64,000 nt of DNA, from assembly GCA_028534125.1 (NCBI GenBank), contig CM052837.1, forward strand, positions 14,694,001 through 14,758,000, given 5' to 3'. The notes beneath the pieces are model-generated. The model was not told the origin of the DNA. It ran no database searches and saw only the letters and a program-made list of their open reading frames with translations. A program made the position numbers and the translations under genes. The DNA comes from Lama glama (lineage: Eukaryota). Position 1 is the first letter of the stretch; the number at the start of each line of letters is the position of its first letter. Below are positions 61,750-64,000 of the stretch, piece after piece.

Positions 61750-63684
61750 ACAGGGACTTCTCAGTTCAGGACAAGATGAAATAAGCCTATTTCACCCTAT
61801 TTCTCCCACTAATTACAACAACAAAAAAAAAACCCAGACAAAATTCATGAAGCAATCGACAGAACATTCTAAAAAGAAGAAAAAAGAAGGTAGATTGGTT
61901 AGGGACCTTGGGACACAAGGACTGATCCAGCAGGAAGTTTCCTATTTTTTGTTTGGTTTGGTTTGATTTGACTTCTAACATGTCCTGCCCTGAGCTCTGG
62001 AGAGGCTCATAACCTGAAAATACCAATGAGCACAAATTAAAAAGTGCCAAGAAAAGCCTGTTTTCTCTAGACACAGGACCAGGAAAAGGGCGGCACAGCA
62101 AGATGGAAGTATTTTGACGATATCTGTCCTATTCCAAGCAAACAACAAAAAAGTGGCACCCCTCCTTCTCCCACCAGGAACTGTTTCCCAACCCAGCCCT
62201 GTATTAATGAGGCAGCACCTCCCCCGCCCCCACCAGGCTGCAGCTTCAGAGAATGTGGGTGGAGCCCTGTCTTCCATTTCCACCCTGGAACAACAAGGTG
62301 GAGCTCCAATCCCAGCTCAACTAGAGAATGAAGGAAAGATTATGATAAAAAGGAAGCTAGATAACTGAATCCTCTATAAATATCGATACAAAATCCTAGA
62401 CATACCCCTCAGTGACCCATGTGTAGGAGTGATCAGAAACACAGCAAAACGTTTCAGTACTAAATACTGTTCTGAAATTAACGCCCAGGTTTCAAGTTGG
62501 TCTTTTCATAGTTCACAAGTAGGGCAGACCAGAATAGCATAGCAAGACTTTGAAAACTAAACTGACTTTTGAACCACAGGCAACAAGTTGGCCAGGGTAT
62601 GTTCTAAACCCAAACAGGTTGACTGCCTGTTAAATAAAAAGATGTAAATAAGAACCAGAATACTCAAAATGTCTAGGATGTGATCCAAAATTACTTGTCA
62701 TACTAGAAACCATGAAAATTTCAACTTGAATGAAGAAAAGGCAATGGCAATACAGATTTTAAATTATTTGGAAATGATTTTAAAGCAGATATCCTCAAAA
62801 TCCTCCAAAAAGAAATTGTACATACTCAGTAAACAGAAGACATGAAGAGTATTAAGTGGAAATTTTAGAACTTAAAAAATATAATAACTAAAACTGAAAA
62901 ACAAAAAACAAAAAACACTGCATGGGCTCAATAGCAGAATGGAAATGACAGAAGAAACAATCACTGAACTTAAAAACAAATCAACAGAAAATGTCCAATC
63001 TGTACCACTGAGAGGAAGGAGATTAAAAAGAAATGAACAGAGTATCAGAGTCTTACGGGAAAATAATAAAGATCTAACATTTATTCCACCAAAGTCCTCA
63101 AAAAAATGAGAGGAAAAAAGAACTCAGAGATGAAAAATTATTTGAAAAATAATGGCTGAAAACTCTCCAAATTTAGTTAAGGATATTAAACCTTCAAAGT
63201 GCTGAAAACCAAAGACAAAGTCCTGAAAACAGCTAGAGAAAAACAATGCACTACTTGTAAGAGGAAAACAATTTGAAAGACAGCATATTTTTCATCAGGG
63301 ACCATGGAAGCCACAAGAAGTGTACAATATTTTTCAAATGCTAAAAGAAAGAATCAAGCCAAAATACTACACAGAGTAAAAATATCCTTCAGGAATGAAG
63401 GTGAAATAAAGACACTGGCAAATGAAGGAAATGATGTGTCAGCAAAATAGCTCTAAAAGAATGGCTAAAGCAATTTCTTCAGCTAGGAAGCAAATGATAA
63501 CAAAAAGAAATCTCAAACGCCAAGAATAAAGAGCAGTAGAAAGGGGGTGTGCACACACAGGTACATGTTATACATGTATTGCATATATATACATGCATAA
63601 ATACATATGCACAAATTAAACAATTCTCTGCTTGAGTTTTTAAAATTGTTTGATGACTGAAAGTAGAAAGAATAACACAGCCAT
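61750..63684 (+). mobile_element. Old L1 (L1MC/MD-type) 5' region and ORF1 remnant
   Basis: tgggctcaatagcagaatggaaatgacaga; aataatggctgaaaactctccaaattt; tatccttcaggaatgaaggtgaaataaagac. Confidence 0.7.
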
Positions 63685-64000
63685 TGAGGACACCACAAAA
63701 ACTGATTCGAAACTACTAGGCCAAAGATGGTGGAAAGGCTTCCAGAAGAACTTGAGCCTCCTCATTATACACTCATTGTAATGTATTAGCATGCTAAATG
63801 ACACACCCACAGGACTGTTCTGAGGCTGATCATAAAAGGCCAAAAAGTGGGCGGTGGCCCAATTCCTGGTAATTCCCACCCCTTCCCCAAAATAGCTGGA
63901 CTAATCCTTCCACTTGTTAGCATATGAAATTACCTAGTCCTTAAAAACTAACCACCCCCACACCTCGAGGCCTCTCGCCTTCTGAGATAGCCCATACTCT
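63685..64000 (+). mobile_element. ERV1-class LTR, MER41-like (runs off the window)
   Basis: cctcattatacactcattgtaatgtattagcatgctaaatgacacacccac and ttgttagcatatgaaat resemble MER41. Confidence 0.6.

Noticed and set aside
1-64000. Most ORFs in the six-frame track as independent genes
   Set aside because: Short, often non-ATG starts, mostly in repeats or antisense to real exons, with no recognisable protein family.
1-64000. CRISPR array, operon, CpG-island promoter
   Set aside because: Eukaryotic intronic DNA with no regularly spaced direct repeats and no CpG island; the main PTPRA promoter appears to be outside the window.

Overview
Mammalian genomic DNA, most likely camelid (tRNA-derived Vic-1-like SINEs and young L1 3' ends). 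The window covers the 5' and middle part of PTPRA (receptor protein tyrosine phosphatase alpha) on the minus strand. Ten coding exons splice in frame with GT-AG boundaries: 73+342+27+85+74+137+91+77+37+98 = 1041 nt, 347 codons. They encode the signal peptide, Ser/Thr-rich ectodomain, 9-aa alternative insert, transmembrane helix, juxtamembrane wedge and the N-terminal half of phosphatase domain D1. The gene continues below coordinate 1, and the promoter and first exon probably lie beyond 64000. The rest is mostly intronic repeats: L1, L2, HAL1, MIR, ERVL LTRs, a decayed ~4 kb ERV-L provirus, DNA MITEs and a MER41-like LTR. Six N-runs all fall inside L1 sequence. No new gene or prokaryote-type system is supported. 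The best leads concern RNA processing: (i) a back-spliced 421-nt circle whose frame gives a 175-aa, TM-less protein; (ii) a 27-nt microexon that rebuilds a 5' splice site after ligation; (iii) an L1-derived donor upstream of an in-frame, GC-donor 5'-UTR exon. Repeat family names and boundaries were assigned by eye and are approximate. Comparisons with human and mouse PTPRA are from memory and unverified.
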